A DNA stretch of 62,749 bases, filler included, from Choristocarpus tenellus KU-1152 (taxonomy: Eukaryota; Protista; Phaeophyceae): NCBI GenBank assembly GCA_964200185.2. It is 11 parts of 11 records of this genome, joined end to end, with 100 filler letters (N's around TTAATTAATTAA, not from the genome) between each part and the next. Parts side by side here need not be neighbours in the genome. Positions count along the whole stretch, not along the records: positions 24,510 to 36,166 come from CAXNAD020002202.1; positions 36,267 to 45,930 come from CAXNAD020003491.1; 9 more parts are not named here. One strand, 5' to 3'. Position numbers and translations under genes: made by a program. The notes under the pieces are model-generated. The model had not been told where the DNA came from. It did no database searches and saw only the letters and a program-made list of their open reading frames with translations. Positions 24,937 to 37,390 of this stretch are shown here, piece by piece; position 1 is the stretch's first letter; each line of letters starts with the position of its first letter.

Positions 24937-26903
24937 CTCCATCACGGCCAGGTAGTGTCCTGTAGCTGGCCTGAATCCCCTCTTGATAGCCTTGTCCAAA
25001 ATCTTCTTGGCTGAGTGATGCAAGGATGAGGACGCACTCACTGCCAAGATAGCATGACTTGCAGGTGTTGAGATTGGGGAGGAGAGTGGGGCAAGACAGA
25101 CAGGTATGTGAGCGAGGGGAAGGGGAAGGGCAGGGGGATGGAGGCTTCAACCAGTGTGAAGGCTTCCAGGCATTGAAGATATTGCTTGCACCACAAGAGA
25201 CACATTAGCACCTACGCAAAACTGATGTCTGCTAATGCACTTATCAAAACAAGGTTCTTGGGGTAGGTGTGCAAAGGGAGGAGGAAACTGAAGTCAACAC
25301 ACCCACCCTGACCCCAACAAAAAGACTTGAAAACAAGCACATTCTGACAGGATGTCAGGTGCTGACAATATCCTCATGGGATATTGGAAAAGTAGTCACA
25401 GCAGGTAGAGTAGAAAAGCGTATCACAAGAAATAACACCCGCAATCCTTGATGCAAGGGTCTTAAGCATGATATGAAGAGCCCAGCAAGGCATTCATATC
25501 AAGTAAAGCACGATGGGGCCTGTTCATTGAGGAGGATACTACCATGGCCATATGCTTAACAAAACTCCCATTTCTTCGCCTATAACATACAATGCTCACT
25601 ATCCCACTACTCAACCACTATTCATTGATCTTCATCTTTTCGTCTCATCTCTTATGGGACTGCTCTAGCTCCCTCCCTCCCCAGATAGGTGTAGCCCCCT
25701 CTTGAGTCAGTAGTTCTCTCGAAAAAACTCACCCATAGTCTTGTGGAGAGAGATGATCCAAAGACAGTTCATCCAGCCACCTAATTAGCTTGGTCGACAA
25801 GTGCCCGGCATTGTAAACAGTGTGGTTCCTTCTACGGCCACGCACGCACGCCTCTAATGCAAATCTCATCAGCTCTACCTTCAGCTAAGACAATCGAAAT
25901 GGGTAGTGTAAGCAAGCAGAGGGAGGAGTGTGAGCGTCTCACTTCTGGGTGACGGGGTGTAGGAATATTGGCCCCCCAAACTTGGCAAGAAGCTAATCTT
26001 TAGTGACTTAAGGATTTCCAATAGAGTGTGGGCACAGATAACTGAGCCGTGATACCGTGCTTCGCACTCCTTCACCCAGGGGGGCTGAATGAGATAAGAG
26101 AGTACCAACACTAATCCAGTTAAGAGTGATCAATGCCATCGTTAGGATTAGGGTTGGGGTTGGGGTTAGCGACCAGGTACATTTGGGCAACGGGTCTTCA
26201 CTGTTGACTGAGTCAACGTTCATCCTTACAGAAGCTGGCGCCATTGTCGTATCGCAAATCCCAAAGGAGTTCACTGCCACTCTTACGAGTCCATCCTTCC
26301 GTGATAATGGGTAAGAGCGAAGAAGATCAAATAAGTCCACCTTGAGTATCAGAGGAACAATCTAAGAGGTGGGGATTAGGCCCACCAATTATTCACCTCT
26401 GTGTCCAATCCATCAGTAGCTCCGTGGTTCGGCAAGGCATACATCTTTCTGAGGGCGATGTCGGCAGTCCACCATTCCTCGACCTTGACCACAGTGTGTA
26501 CCACCCATCGCCAGTCCTCACGACCCAAAAGACTAAGGTAGTTGGGCGAGGCCCGGGGGGAGCCAACCCGAAAGTCTCCCAGCGCTTGTACAGCGAGATC
26601 ACTTCCAACACCGGCGACCGTTGGGGCAGAGTCACTCTTCGAACTTGATGGTACAGCCCCAAGGCTCGACTCTACAGGGTCGTACACCAGGGCTGTGGAC
26701 GGGTAAAGTGCTGCACAGGAGGAAATACTCCGGATGTAAACGTTGCTCGGTGTATTTGGTCCCAGAAGGGGCGTCGGGGGGGTCGTGCAAGCGCCAAAGC
26801 GCTGGGCACAAGGCTGGTTACTGCTGTGATCAGTGACTGCGAGGATGTGGGTTGAGGGCACAGGACAAGGTCGGGGGCGTGCGAGTAGCTTAATCTGCCT
26901 CAT
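24937..26903 (-). CDS. Hypothetical, possibly organelle-targeted PPR-like protein, 5' part (exons include 26903-26397, one starting at 26340, and 25057-24937)
   Basis: Basic, Ser/Pro-rich N-terminus (MRQIKLLARPRPCP..). GT-AG-bounded open exons. HSAKKILDKAIKRGFRPATGHYLAVME resembles a PPR helix-B/helix-A junction. Middle exons are uncertain. Confidence 0.45.
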
Positions 26904-27262
26904 CAATCGATAATATTCTACCCTTAGACGTTCGACCTGACTCCGCCTTGCCCAATGTGGTGCACAAGGCAAGAGAAATGCTCAAGCAAACCTCAGTTGT
27001 GAGAGGTTTTGAACAACAATGAAGTATACACGCATAGTTGGCAGGCGTTTTGTATAATATCCATGATCATAATATGAATACAACACACACAGTATTGATA
27101 CAATAGTACTACTATACCACTTCTTACAACAAATACAACCCCATATGGACTGATTCCTTGACACACCTTGTACATTACACACTGCAAAGAGTCAAGCAAG
27201 AGACACTGCAGTCGGGTGTGTAGGAGGAAAATTTTTACCATAGCGGAGAGCTGAGAGGTGGA

Positions 27263-28132
27263 ATGGCTGCCATCTCTAAGCGGGCTGTGGTTGGGCTATA
27301 TAGGGACATTCTGCGCCAGCATCGCATCTCCCTCCCCTCCCAGATCCATCGAGATTTGGGTGACCGCTACGTGAGGTTAGTGAGAAGTTAGCGTTATTCC
27401 CAGTCGTTGGGTCCCAGATATATGCGGATATCTGTAGTGTATACAGGGACAGTCCACTGCAACTTCCTAATCCCAAACACCGACACCGTTTATCCTTTGC
27501 TACCCCTGTCCACCCCAGCACAATTGTAAGTATCACCCTTTGCTATTGCTTGCTGGGTAACGAATGTAAACAGATGATGACCTTGCAAAGGTGAACAGGA
27601 AAAATTCCTTCTCGTCCCACCTCACGACCAGGTCTGAGTTCAAAGCACACAAGGACGCCACCGACGAACATGTGGAGGCATTCATGAACGGGTGGACGGG
27701 TTACCTGAACCAGCTCCGACAGCAGCCCGATCAAGGAAGAGTAAGTTGTATACTGCCCTGTCTAATTCGCTTAGTGGTCGACAGTCCATCATAATGTTTA
27801 TGGCTCCTTCCAGGTGCAAGTGTTGTTTCCAAAGAAGCTCATTAGAAACTAGAAATCTCCCGATATCCTCCTTCTCGCTACATACGTCATGCTCACCCTC
27901 GCGAGGTTCTGTTCTCACGCCACCCCTCAAGCCCTAATCTACAACAACCACCTGGAATTCAACCCTACTAGTGTAACGGCAAAGTAATATCATGTCAACT
28001 GTATTGCCTCCACAGGTGGGTAAGCCATTGAGTGAAGGTGAAGTTGCAACTCTGTCTGAAGAGCAGAGAGGTCAGCTGCTTAAGTTTCGACAGGAGTCTA
28101 TGGTGGACTCAGCAGGGAGAAATGACACCTAA
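27263..28132 (+). CDS. SDHAF3: Succinate dehydrogenase assembly factor 3 (ACN9/Sdh7, LYR-motif protein), complete. Exons 27263-27375, 27632-27740, 28016-28132
   Basis: MAAISKRAVVGLYRDILRQHRISLPSQIHRDLGDRYVR/SEFKAHKDATDEHVEAFMNGWTGYLNQL../VGKPLSEGEVATLSEEQRGQLLKFRQE..* shows the LYR motif and the LGDxYVxxEFxxHK signature. Phases are consistent. Confidence 0.92.
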
Positions 28133-28417
28133 GAGTCTGTACATGTCATCTTATCTCAGTCCCCTGGTCTTAGTGAGAACACTCTGTCTCACACGCAAGT
28201 GCCCACATGATGCATGCAAAGCAAACACTACCCCTTCACTTGTCATCTCCTCTTCGGGTTCTACCCAACCTTGAAGTAAGAAGATTACCTCACTCGTTCC
28301 AGCTAACTATATGTTGATCACCTCTTGTACAGATAATCTCACTAAACCCTTCCTCACGCCACCCAAGCTTCATCAGTTTTCTTTTATTGGTTAGCCCTGG
28401 TGTTGCTCAATCGCATT

Positions 28418-31270
28418 TCAGTTCTTGGAGTTTATCACCTTGTCCACCTGAAATTGTAAGACAATAAGATAAGAACCCAATTATGGCTTCCACTACACAT
28501 CATGATATGCACATTCAGGTTGGTACAAGTTTAGGAACAAGGATGGTGTATTGATTGCCAGATATCGTTGAGCAGTGGACGAGAGGTATTGAGTTGAGCA
28601 AGATTGGTTACTTTTGAATATTTCTGTGCTGTATTAAATTGCTCCCTACACCTAGAGTTGTGCGCAGTTTTTAAAGGATGTAATCGTAGTTCCAAGTGAT
28701 TTTTATCTGTTTGCTGCCGCCCAAGCTGATGCTTGTGGTGGCTCGTGGTACATTCAGGTGTTGATATACAATTGACTTACTGCCTTAAAGCGCCTTTACA
28801 ATTTATAACAGACCCATTGTATACTCTCAAATTCTTAGAAATAATGTGTATGCATAGCTGAGTTGAGGGCTCATCAGTGAATGCATTGACACAAAGCATG
28901 TGCTCACACTGGTCTTGAGCTTCTTGCTTTCGGACTGTAGAATCGTATCCAGGGTGGCTTCACTCTGCTTCACAATGGTATTCATCCTGCCACGACAAAT
29001 CCTGGTCGCAAGTGCCCCAGTTAGGGTCATTACCCAGGCGACAAAGTGAGTTATAGAAGTCAGTACACTGAAGTCTCCTATAGCGAGAGGACATGATCGA
29101 AAGCTGGCATAAAAATCTGTAATTGATATATATTGTGAATGCTCTAGGTACGAAAATCGTACAGGTTTACTCCTGTCTGTCCTTCGTGCATGTCAAATGA
29201 TCCGCCTCTTCCACTTCACACTCTTGCATTTGAATGTCTGGCAAATGTGTAGTTGAATCATATAAGCAAGGTAGTGCTTTCAAACCAATGTGAGATCTGC
29301 CAGGCCACTAACTCACTTCAGGGTCTCTAAGATTTTGGAGGAACGGGTAAAGGCCACTGAGGCCTCCTTTTCGAGTTCCTTTGTTGCCTCGCTGGCGTTG
29401 ATCTCATCCTCCTCACGGCTAGCCATTCCTTCTACGCCACCCTCTACAGCAGTGGACACTTTGTGTAGTACAGATTATGCCAGCGCAATTGAGGACACAT
29501 AGGGGCGGAGAAAGTCCTGTGTGTTTTCAGTTCAAGTAATATTTGTTGGAATATTTAAACTCTGATCAGCTTGCCTACCAGAGTGTATGTTTCTGAGAGG
29601 GATATGAAAATCAGTCTGTGTAAGTCGTTGACTGTGGAACATGTGCCGCATTCTCATAACCCCTAATTGTACTTCAAAGCTGTTAGATCTATCATCGATC
29701 ACTAGGATTCCTGCCTTGTGTGCATAGCATTCTCTACTTCAAAAGCTGTTGCAAACACAGCATTTATTCCCAAGAGAATCAACCTGGTAAGAGGTGACCA
29801 ACACCCACAGTCTCTCCTATTTGTTACTTGTGCACTATCCATTTAATTATATTTTTTCTCAAAACTTTGTAAAGAAAACATGCTCAGGTCTACACACCCA
29901 TGCTCTCGCACTCCTTTGTGGCTTCCCGCAATGTACAGACCACCTCCTTCTCCAGGCACTCCCTCAGGGCAGTCAGTGCCTGTTCTCCAACCTCATGACT
30001 CTCCACATCCACACCAAGGCCAACATTATCCTCACTTGCACTGGTGCTGATACCAATGTTGCTACTGCCTACAGCTTTGGTCTTACACTCTCCCCCTTTG
30101 TGAATAGATGGTCTGGCCTTCCTTTGATCCATGTTGCTGCCCCCGGATGCCTGATGTGTCTGCCAGATAATATCGAGCATTGGGTGATCAGAAGGGCAAT
30201 AGTGGTGTCAATTGATAGGTGCCACAGCAATACAGCCGCCAGGATTATTTTTCATGCTTATGTGCAACCCGAATACACAAGCATACATCATACCTGAGGG
30301 TGGATCATCTCCTATGGGGATAAACCACGCTGCCGTTGATGAGTTTTTTAGAGGAGGTTGGGATAGGGAATGAGAAAGGATTGGGATCACAAACGATTCT
30401 GAGTTAAGTCAACTAACTTGCTCATTAATATTGTTAGTGCTATGATGGTTGGATGTCTCACTGAATAATTTTCTACTCTGTGGAGGTATTTTCATAGGCA
30501 TGTTGAATGAACTCATAGTGCTATTCACGAAACAAGGAAAGGTGATCCACAACAACCTGTTTCACCAATGGACCAGAGGAAGTAGAGATTCCCATATTGT
30601 TGTCTCATTCATACACCAACCTCGACTATGTTGTGCAGACTAGTTGTATGCTATCGTTTTAATTTGGAGAATGTTATGAACATTCTCTGAGTAGATTCAA
30701 CGCTAGCTAAATTTACTTGCCTGCTCTTGTCTACCATGTTGTGCACGTGATTTAACTTCTTTTCGCTGTCTGGCAGTACTCACTGCAGTTTTCTTCCTTT
30801 GACCGCTACCAGTAGTGTTCTCGAGTGAGGAGCGGAGATTGGACTCCCTCTATGAGGAAGGATGATAACGGACACAATTCCCAAGCAAGTGTGCGCGTGT
30901 GCATGTATGGTGTAATTGGACGCGAGTCATACTGTCGAGGTAGGTGGGTGGCTATGTTCAGATTCGTGTGAGTCAAGGGTAGACTAAGAGCGTGCAGAAG
31001 GAACACGGAAACATTTCAAGAGAAGGTCAGATGTACAGAGAACGGGAACATTGCACCAACGTCCGAATCAAGTAGATAAATACATTGTTCAAACCCAACA
31101 AAGTATGTGCATGGCTCTGACATGTAGCTGCGAGTCCATGACTTCATTGTGGTTAGTTGAGACGAAACCATCGGTGGGTTGTCAATCACCTTCTGTGCAA
31201 AGAAATTCGATTTTGTTCTCTTGTTGGCCCGCGGCCTTGTCGAAGAACCCATCTTGGGTTGAACCTTCAT
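28418..31270 (-). CDS. Complete 7-exon hypothetical protein (~228 aa) with helical charged C-terminus. Exons 31270-31169, 30849-30784, 30311-30294, 30159-29898, 29431-29317, 29001-28908, 28447-28418
   Basis: ATG-to-TGA model in which all six GT-AG introns are phase-compatible (0, 0, 0, 1, 2, 0). No family recognised. Confidence 0.55.
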
Positions 31271-32359
31271 GTTGCAGTCGCAGTATTTAAAGTAGTTCAA
31301 TCTTTTCCCACCAGGAACGAAAGGATACACTATCACCCCTGTGCTGCAGTCGAGGATAAAAGAGACCTTATAATGAGGGGATAGATTGGTAATGCTGAGA
31401 TCTTTCAACTTATACGGAACTGTAGGTGCATTTCCTTTTAGGGCAGAGAGGGAAGGATCATGCTTCACAGGAGATCGGCCTCTCTCGAAGTCGAAAGAAA
31501 TGACGCAAGCATGATTAATACACAATTCACCGGTTATTATGGACAATCAACATCGAAGTTCCCTCAAATAACCAACGGAGACGAGTAAATCCTCAACGAG
31601 TAAAGAAAGGCTGGCTCGAGGGGGATATATCTACATATATATCTTGGCAGGGATTCTCTCAGTAGAGAAAGCAAGGATGGAAGGTGCAGACTAAGAAATG
31701 CTTCAGATCAAAGAAATGTGGTAAGATATTCAAGCGATGGTTGGATATGTCTTATGGCAGGGAGGATATCAGGTAGTCAAGGAGAGGATTTGGTGTGTGT
31801 GATGGAGGTGAAGATGAAAAAATCTTTCACAGAGAAGATCCGTATTGTGGATAATGCAAGTTGACACTATTGCTTTGTCCTATCACCCTTATATAATGCG
31901 TCCTGACCAAACCTCAAGTATCTGTAGATGGCGACGCTTTGGAGAAGATTGCCTCTGTAGACGAGAGAAAGATGGAAAGTGTTGGGTACTTACAAAACAT
32001 GGTGGGTTCCAGGTCCAACATGTACTACCACACCTACATAAAAACTATACACATAAGATGGGTCGGTGATTGGTTGGTGTATGAAAAACAAATGAGTATT
32101 CGAAAGAATGTTTTTTTTAATCCTAGATTTTATACCACAGAGGTCTTTTAAACAATGGAAGGCCTTGGTTCCGTCCAAGCCCAAATTCAAATTATAGTTA
32201 CCATCTTGACACAATGGTAAGATTTTACATTTTACAGTCGAAGACATTACCCTCTTCACACCTTAACGTGGACAGAAGTCCCATTGTGTGTAGACGTTGC
32301 GCTTCTGTGCATCTTTATTAGACGAGGAATCAAACGCGTGGATAAAGGGACTGCCACTA

Positions 32360-35300
32360 ATGTCATCATCTAGTAATGGAGTCTTCAAGGCATTTAAAAT
32401 TCAGGGTCTGGCCATACGAGCTGATGCAACCAAAGCGGTAGTGCGTGTTGTGGAAAGGTCAGTACTCGATCATCATGTTTCAAATTTCATGCGACATTAG
32501 GTTGAGATGAAAATTGCTTCTAGTGGATGAGAATTTGTAGGCGAAGTGTTGACACAGATCGAAGGTACGTATTGGGTCCAAGTTGGGTCTGACTTCGATT
32601 TGGGACTGATCAATCATCCATGTACTACCTGCGGTACTCTTTCCCCATCGGAATTTCAAAAACATTGCTCACTCGTAGGGTATACCCCTGCTAGTGTGTT
32701 CCTCGCCATCCTCACTCATCCTACCACGCCACATTCTACCTGAACCACTCCGTGCTTTATCGATGTCCAGGGAGGATGACGCAATAGGGGCTTTGCAAAA
32801 CATTATACGAGCTATTAAGGAGCTAATCGAGAGAAACGAACTGCGCAGCAACGTGATCGATGTGGAAACGGTTGCGTCGGTGGTTGCAGACCTCTCAAAC
32901 ACAGAGGAAGATCTTGCAGATGAGAGCACGCAGATACAGAGTGCCTTCCATCGCCCCCGCCTGTATTACGACGTCTTTCGGAAGGCTCTAGTATTGTGAG
33001 TCACATGCGAAGCTTCTTGAGAAGCCGTAGTAACAGCCACCAGGTACTTCTAGGTGAACCAATAAGCACATCCTACTTTAGTGCGTATACACCCATTGGG
33101 GTCACTTGTCCCTCGCCAAAAACCAACACAAAACCGTAACTTCAGCACCGTTGTTGTCTTATCGATAATGCTGGGTCGAGTATAGGTATTCTCCCCGCCC
33201 ACTTAGATCTTTTCCAACGTTGATTTTCGGTTTGTGGAATATCTGTTCTTGCATGCAACGATCCAGCCCGTGTAGAACTCGCTCAAAACGTGCACACACA
33301 CACACTTTACGTATTCACATTCTAGGGGGCACTTGCCCACAAGTACTCATTCCATGCAAAATCTTACCCCTGCCCCTTTATCACTTCTCCCCTGCCCATG
33401 CAAAATTCTGGTTGAGTGGAGGAAGAGAAGATAGTCTCAGAGAAAGACCTACATTCTAGCTTCCCCCCTACCTACTTGGATCACAACTGGCGATTGGCCA
33501 GCAACCTACACCTTGTTTTGTTGCATTGCCATTTTTGGTGCAAAACCTGTGCAGGGTGGTGCTTGCATCATATGGTATCACATTGATATGATGTCCTCCC
33601 TACTGCAATGCATCAAGTGTGAGGTGCTCTCTCTCTCACCACCCTTGTGTTATTGACAGCTCTCGCTGCTTTTGCTTGTTTATCTATATTTCGACAACCA
33701 ATTTTGGAGGGTTGGGTTAACGCTCATAAATTATTGACAGAGATAAGTTATTACAGAGAAAAGTAATAATCGAGACCATATATTTTCTTTCTTTCTAGGC
33801 ATTTTTGGGGGTTTCATTTTTAGCGAAACTTGGGTCATTCAGTCAGCTGTAAATGCAACGATCTCGTCCTCTACAATGTCTTCACTTCTGATGACGCAAT
33901 GGGACAAGAGCTTGTTGCTTCTTAACTTCAAGTCGGTGAAACACTTAACACCTACCTCCAAGTCTTCAGCTGTTGGCATCCGTATAAAAACCAGGGGGGA
34001 AATTTTTGAAGTGGTGGTAGCCGCCCGGTCTCTCTATCCCACACAAGGACACTAGGGAAGACCATGCTTGGTGGCAAGGCAGAGAGTGGGAGTAGAGTAG
34101 ACGAGCAAATCTGACCGAAGGGCTTCATTTCATGACCCAAAGCTAAACGAAGCCAATATCAAGTCATCGATGCCCCTGAGCAACGAGTCCTGGGATGGCG
34201 AGGAACAACACCAAGAGATCGAGAGGGCAGGGGCACCTGCAGATGTGGAGAGTGAATGTATCTTAGAGGGTACGATTTTTTCCCTCTTTGTCCGTTTGGG
34301 GCTTGGCTTCCCGTGGGATTTTTGAGACATTTACCTACTCCGAAATATTTCGGAGTAGGTAAATTTGTATGTTGTGTCCAGAACAAGGATATTGACACTT
34401 CCTAACAACAGACACCATAGCCAAAATTACATCGGTATCACAACATTGATTTTATTTTGGCCCCCAAATGGACGCGGTTCTACCCTCCAAGATACTTTGG
34501 CTCTGGAGACACCCGAAGACAAGGAGCGGAAGTCAAGCAAAGATCAGGCAAGGGCCCGCATGGTTGCAGCGAGGAAGAAATGGAGTACCCATCATCGAGG
34601 CCTGGTGGATTCCCAAGTCTCCCACCGAGTTCGAGAAGCTCGAGACAACAAAATTGTTGTGGAGACAAGGGAGGGGGGGATATGACTTGGACACCACATT
34701 CTTTTGTTCGAGTTGGGCTGACAGCCCATTGAGTTGTTCTGGCTGCATTGGAAGCAGGACACCAGATTTTTTTCTGTATGGAAAGGGGAGAACAATTGTC
34801 CGAGTGAGAAATCAGATAAGGCTGGGGTGGTACGGTGACTCTAACCCTAACCCTAACTGGGGTCGTATTGAGGGTGGATGAAAACCGGCACACTGATGGC
34901 AGGCTGGTTGCCCCTGCCCAGAGGGAGGTGTCAACTGACGTCAAGACAGAGGACAGGATGTGATGTGTATTGGAGGGAGACACATTCAACCAAATTAGTG
35001 TTCCAGACGAGCTGAGAGATGGGGAAGTGGTAGTGAGTCCAATGGATGTTGTGGAGGGGCAAGTAGACGAGGAGACTTAGATGAGGTGGAATCCATGGTG
35101 GGAGATGGCAATAAAGACAACATTGAAGCTGAAAAATCTGAGCCTATAGTTTAATTGTAGCAATAATAATGAATATCAAGAGACGACCCAGCAATATATA
35201 CACTCGGAGTATTCCAAGTATTTTTTTTTCTTGGTCTGTTCTGCACTGCAAATAATAAATAAAAACAATTTGAGTCACTAAAAGCATGTTCTATGAGTCC

Positions 35301-36151
35301 TGTGTATATAATAGTATTCCAATTACATAGGTTGACATCACGAACAGGTGAAACAATAGTGTAAATGTGAACATCAAAAATGCTCCCCTTGCTCTGATAA
35401 AGCACCTTCTTGCACACTGTATTTTGAGCCAAAGGTGCTGCTATACCTTGGTCAATATAGGACATCAGCATTCATTCAAAACACACACATACACACACAT
35501 ATATATACACATTTGATGGGATGAATCAAGCTCTAGCAGATTTACAGCAGTTTGAATACCTCCAGTCTACGTTGTGGAGCTGAAGCTGAAACATTTCCTC
35601 CAAATTAGGCCTAAAACTGTCCTTAACTTGGATTTCATGTGGAGTTAGGACCTCTAACCAACTTCTTGAGTTCCGGACTGCCCCCACATACTGAACCATA
35701 TACATACATGCTTTTTTGCGTAACTCGAAAATTTCCAGAAGTATTCCAATAATCCTGATTATTTCATCCCTCCAAAATAGTGTAAGCCAGCTCCTGGCGC
35801 TTGATCTGCTGACAGCAATGCCCCCTTGCCCGCCGCCCCCCCACCCATAATGTACTATTGTCCAGCCATCCCCTTTTTTGCCCCACCCACTCCCACACAC
35901 TATATTCGCTCTTGTCCATATTTTCACTGTCACTGCCTCCTTTTGATACGCTTCAGCTCCATCAAAACTCCACATTCTAGTCAAAAGTGTCGTCCCGTAA
36001 GCAACCCAGACTCCTCACCCCCTCCACCCCCTCCACCCCCCCCTACCCTCCCCTACCCTCCCCCATCCCCCCCCGGACTAATTCTTGGGCCCTGAGCAGG
36101 GAGGATGCTGCGTCACGAAAGAAGAGCATGCACGCGCCCCCGGAGAGTAAG
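32360..36151 (+). CDS. POLE2: DNA polymerase epsilon subunit B (Dpb2), 5' part. Exons 32360-32457, 32771-32995, 36100-36151
   Basis: VFKAFKIQGLAIRADATKAV..IIRAIKE..SNVIDVETVASVV..SAFHRPRLYYDVFRK matches the POLE2 N-terminal pattern (AFKLRGL.LR.EA, SNMIE, AFDIPRFVY). Phases are consistent. Confidence 0.87.
33830..34700 (+). mobile_element. Probable decayed LTR-retrotransposon 3' end inside a POLE2 intron, interrupted by a MITE
   Basis: The reading frame is restored when the MITE is removed. It ends in the PPT-like AAGGGAGGGGGGA followed by TATG. Confidence 0.35.
34250..34503 (-). mobile_element. Complete 254-bp MITE (non-autonomous DNA transposon, Sola2-like)
   Basis: Imperfect TIRs GAGTGAATGTATCTTAGAGGGTA / TACCCTCCAAGATACTTTGGCTC. 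4-bp TSD TGGA at 34246-34249 and 34504-34507. Perfect 36-bp palindrome at 34329-34364. Confidence 0.92.
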
Positions 36152-37390
36152 GTGCACTTCTCTCCCNNNNNNNNNNNNNNNNNNNNNNNNNNNNNNNNNN
36201 NNNNNNNNNNTTAATTAATTAANNNNNNNNNNNNNNNNNNNNNNNNNNNNNNNNNNNNNNNNNNNNGTGTCCCCCTTAGAGGAGTGCATTGAAGGAAGAA
36301 CCAAAAAAAATAGAGCACCAGAGTACATGGACAGGGGGCAGGAGGGGTGGGGGGTGTGATGCAGTGGAAGACTGTGCTATTTGAGGCTTTTCTTGCGGAC
36401 TCACCACCATGCAAACCACTTCAGTGTTTCCTTTCGAATTGTTTCTCTGTGGGTGCTTCACGAGGGTGGCATCATACCTGAAGCAAGAAACAATTGGTCA
36501 TAAAGGCATATCAGTCGACTCTCCCCACTCGCGTCATCTATCCAAACTTAACAAAAGCACCTGTGTAAATGCTTTCCGAGGTTGGTTCACGAAAAGGCTT
36601 CAAGCAATGTCCTCTACCTCAAGTGAACCAATCCTTGAGAACTGTGTAAGCGTCTACGGCATACAATATGTACCAATAAAAAATCGCTTTGAAGCACTCT
36701 TAGCACTCTTTGAAACAAAACAAAAAGAACAAAGAGCAAGTTGTATCTGCAATTAAGTACCCAGCCTCTTCAGGGCCATGGTCTCTCCAGGGAAGAATCA
36801 GGTACATGACGGTGCCAACTGGGGTCTAGATGCACACAGTGTAAAGTCTGGGTTTGACTTGTGCAAAATATAGAGTGAGTCAAATTGATGAGCTGATTTA
36901 CTGTCAAAAAATACTCGGCAAGAATTACATTCCACAGGATATGATTGCAGCAATATCCTTTAAGTGAAAAATGAGAAAAAAAAACTTATCGATTGATGCT
37001 GGTACAGTGAACAGCAACATTTATGTGGGATTGAGAATTTGGATGTTGTGGGAGTTATAGGTTGCTTGGCTTTAGACCATTCTACTTCAACATATGTGTC
37101 TCTTCTGGTTCCACGCTCGATTGCCAAATGGAGGTCTGGGGTGAAAACAAAGAAGAGTGGCTTGAAGGGTGATCTCAATTGTTGATGATGCTCGGCACTT
37201 TTGGCCATGTTGTATATCTCAGCCCCTCCCTATCCTTTGTCACTGAAAACTGATAGTAGCGCATTAGTGCCTAACATGCATTATCACACCAAGCCCTCAA
37301 CAAACTCCGACAGGGCAGGGGCGTGCAAATGAAGGGGGCAATAGTATGTAGCAAATCAATAAAAACCCTTGTTGAAATGTATCCTTTCAC

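Noticed and set aside
34365-34989. Cluster of overlapping ORFs on both strands
   Set aside because: They span MITE and decayed retroelement sequence in a POLE2 intron and have no domain signature.
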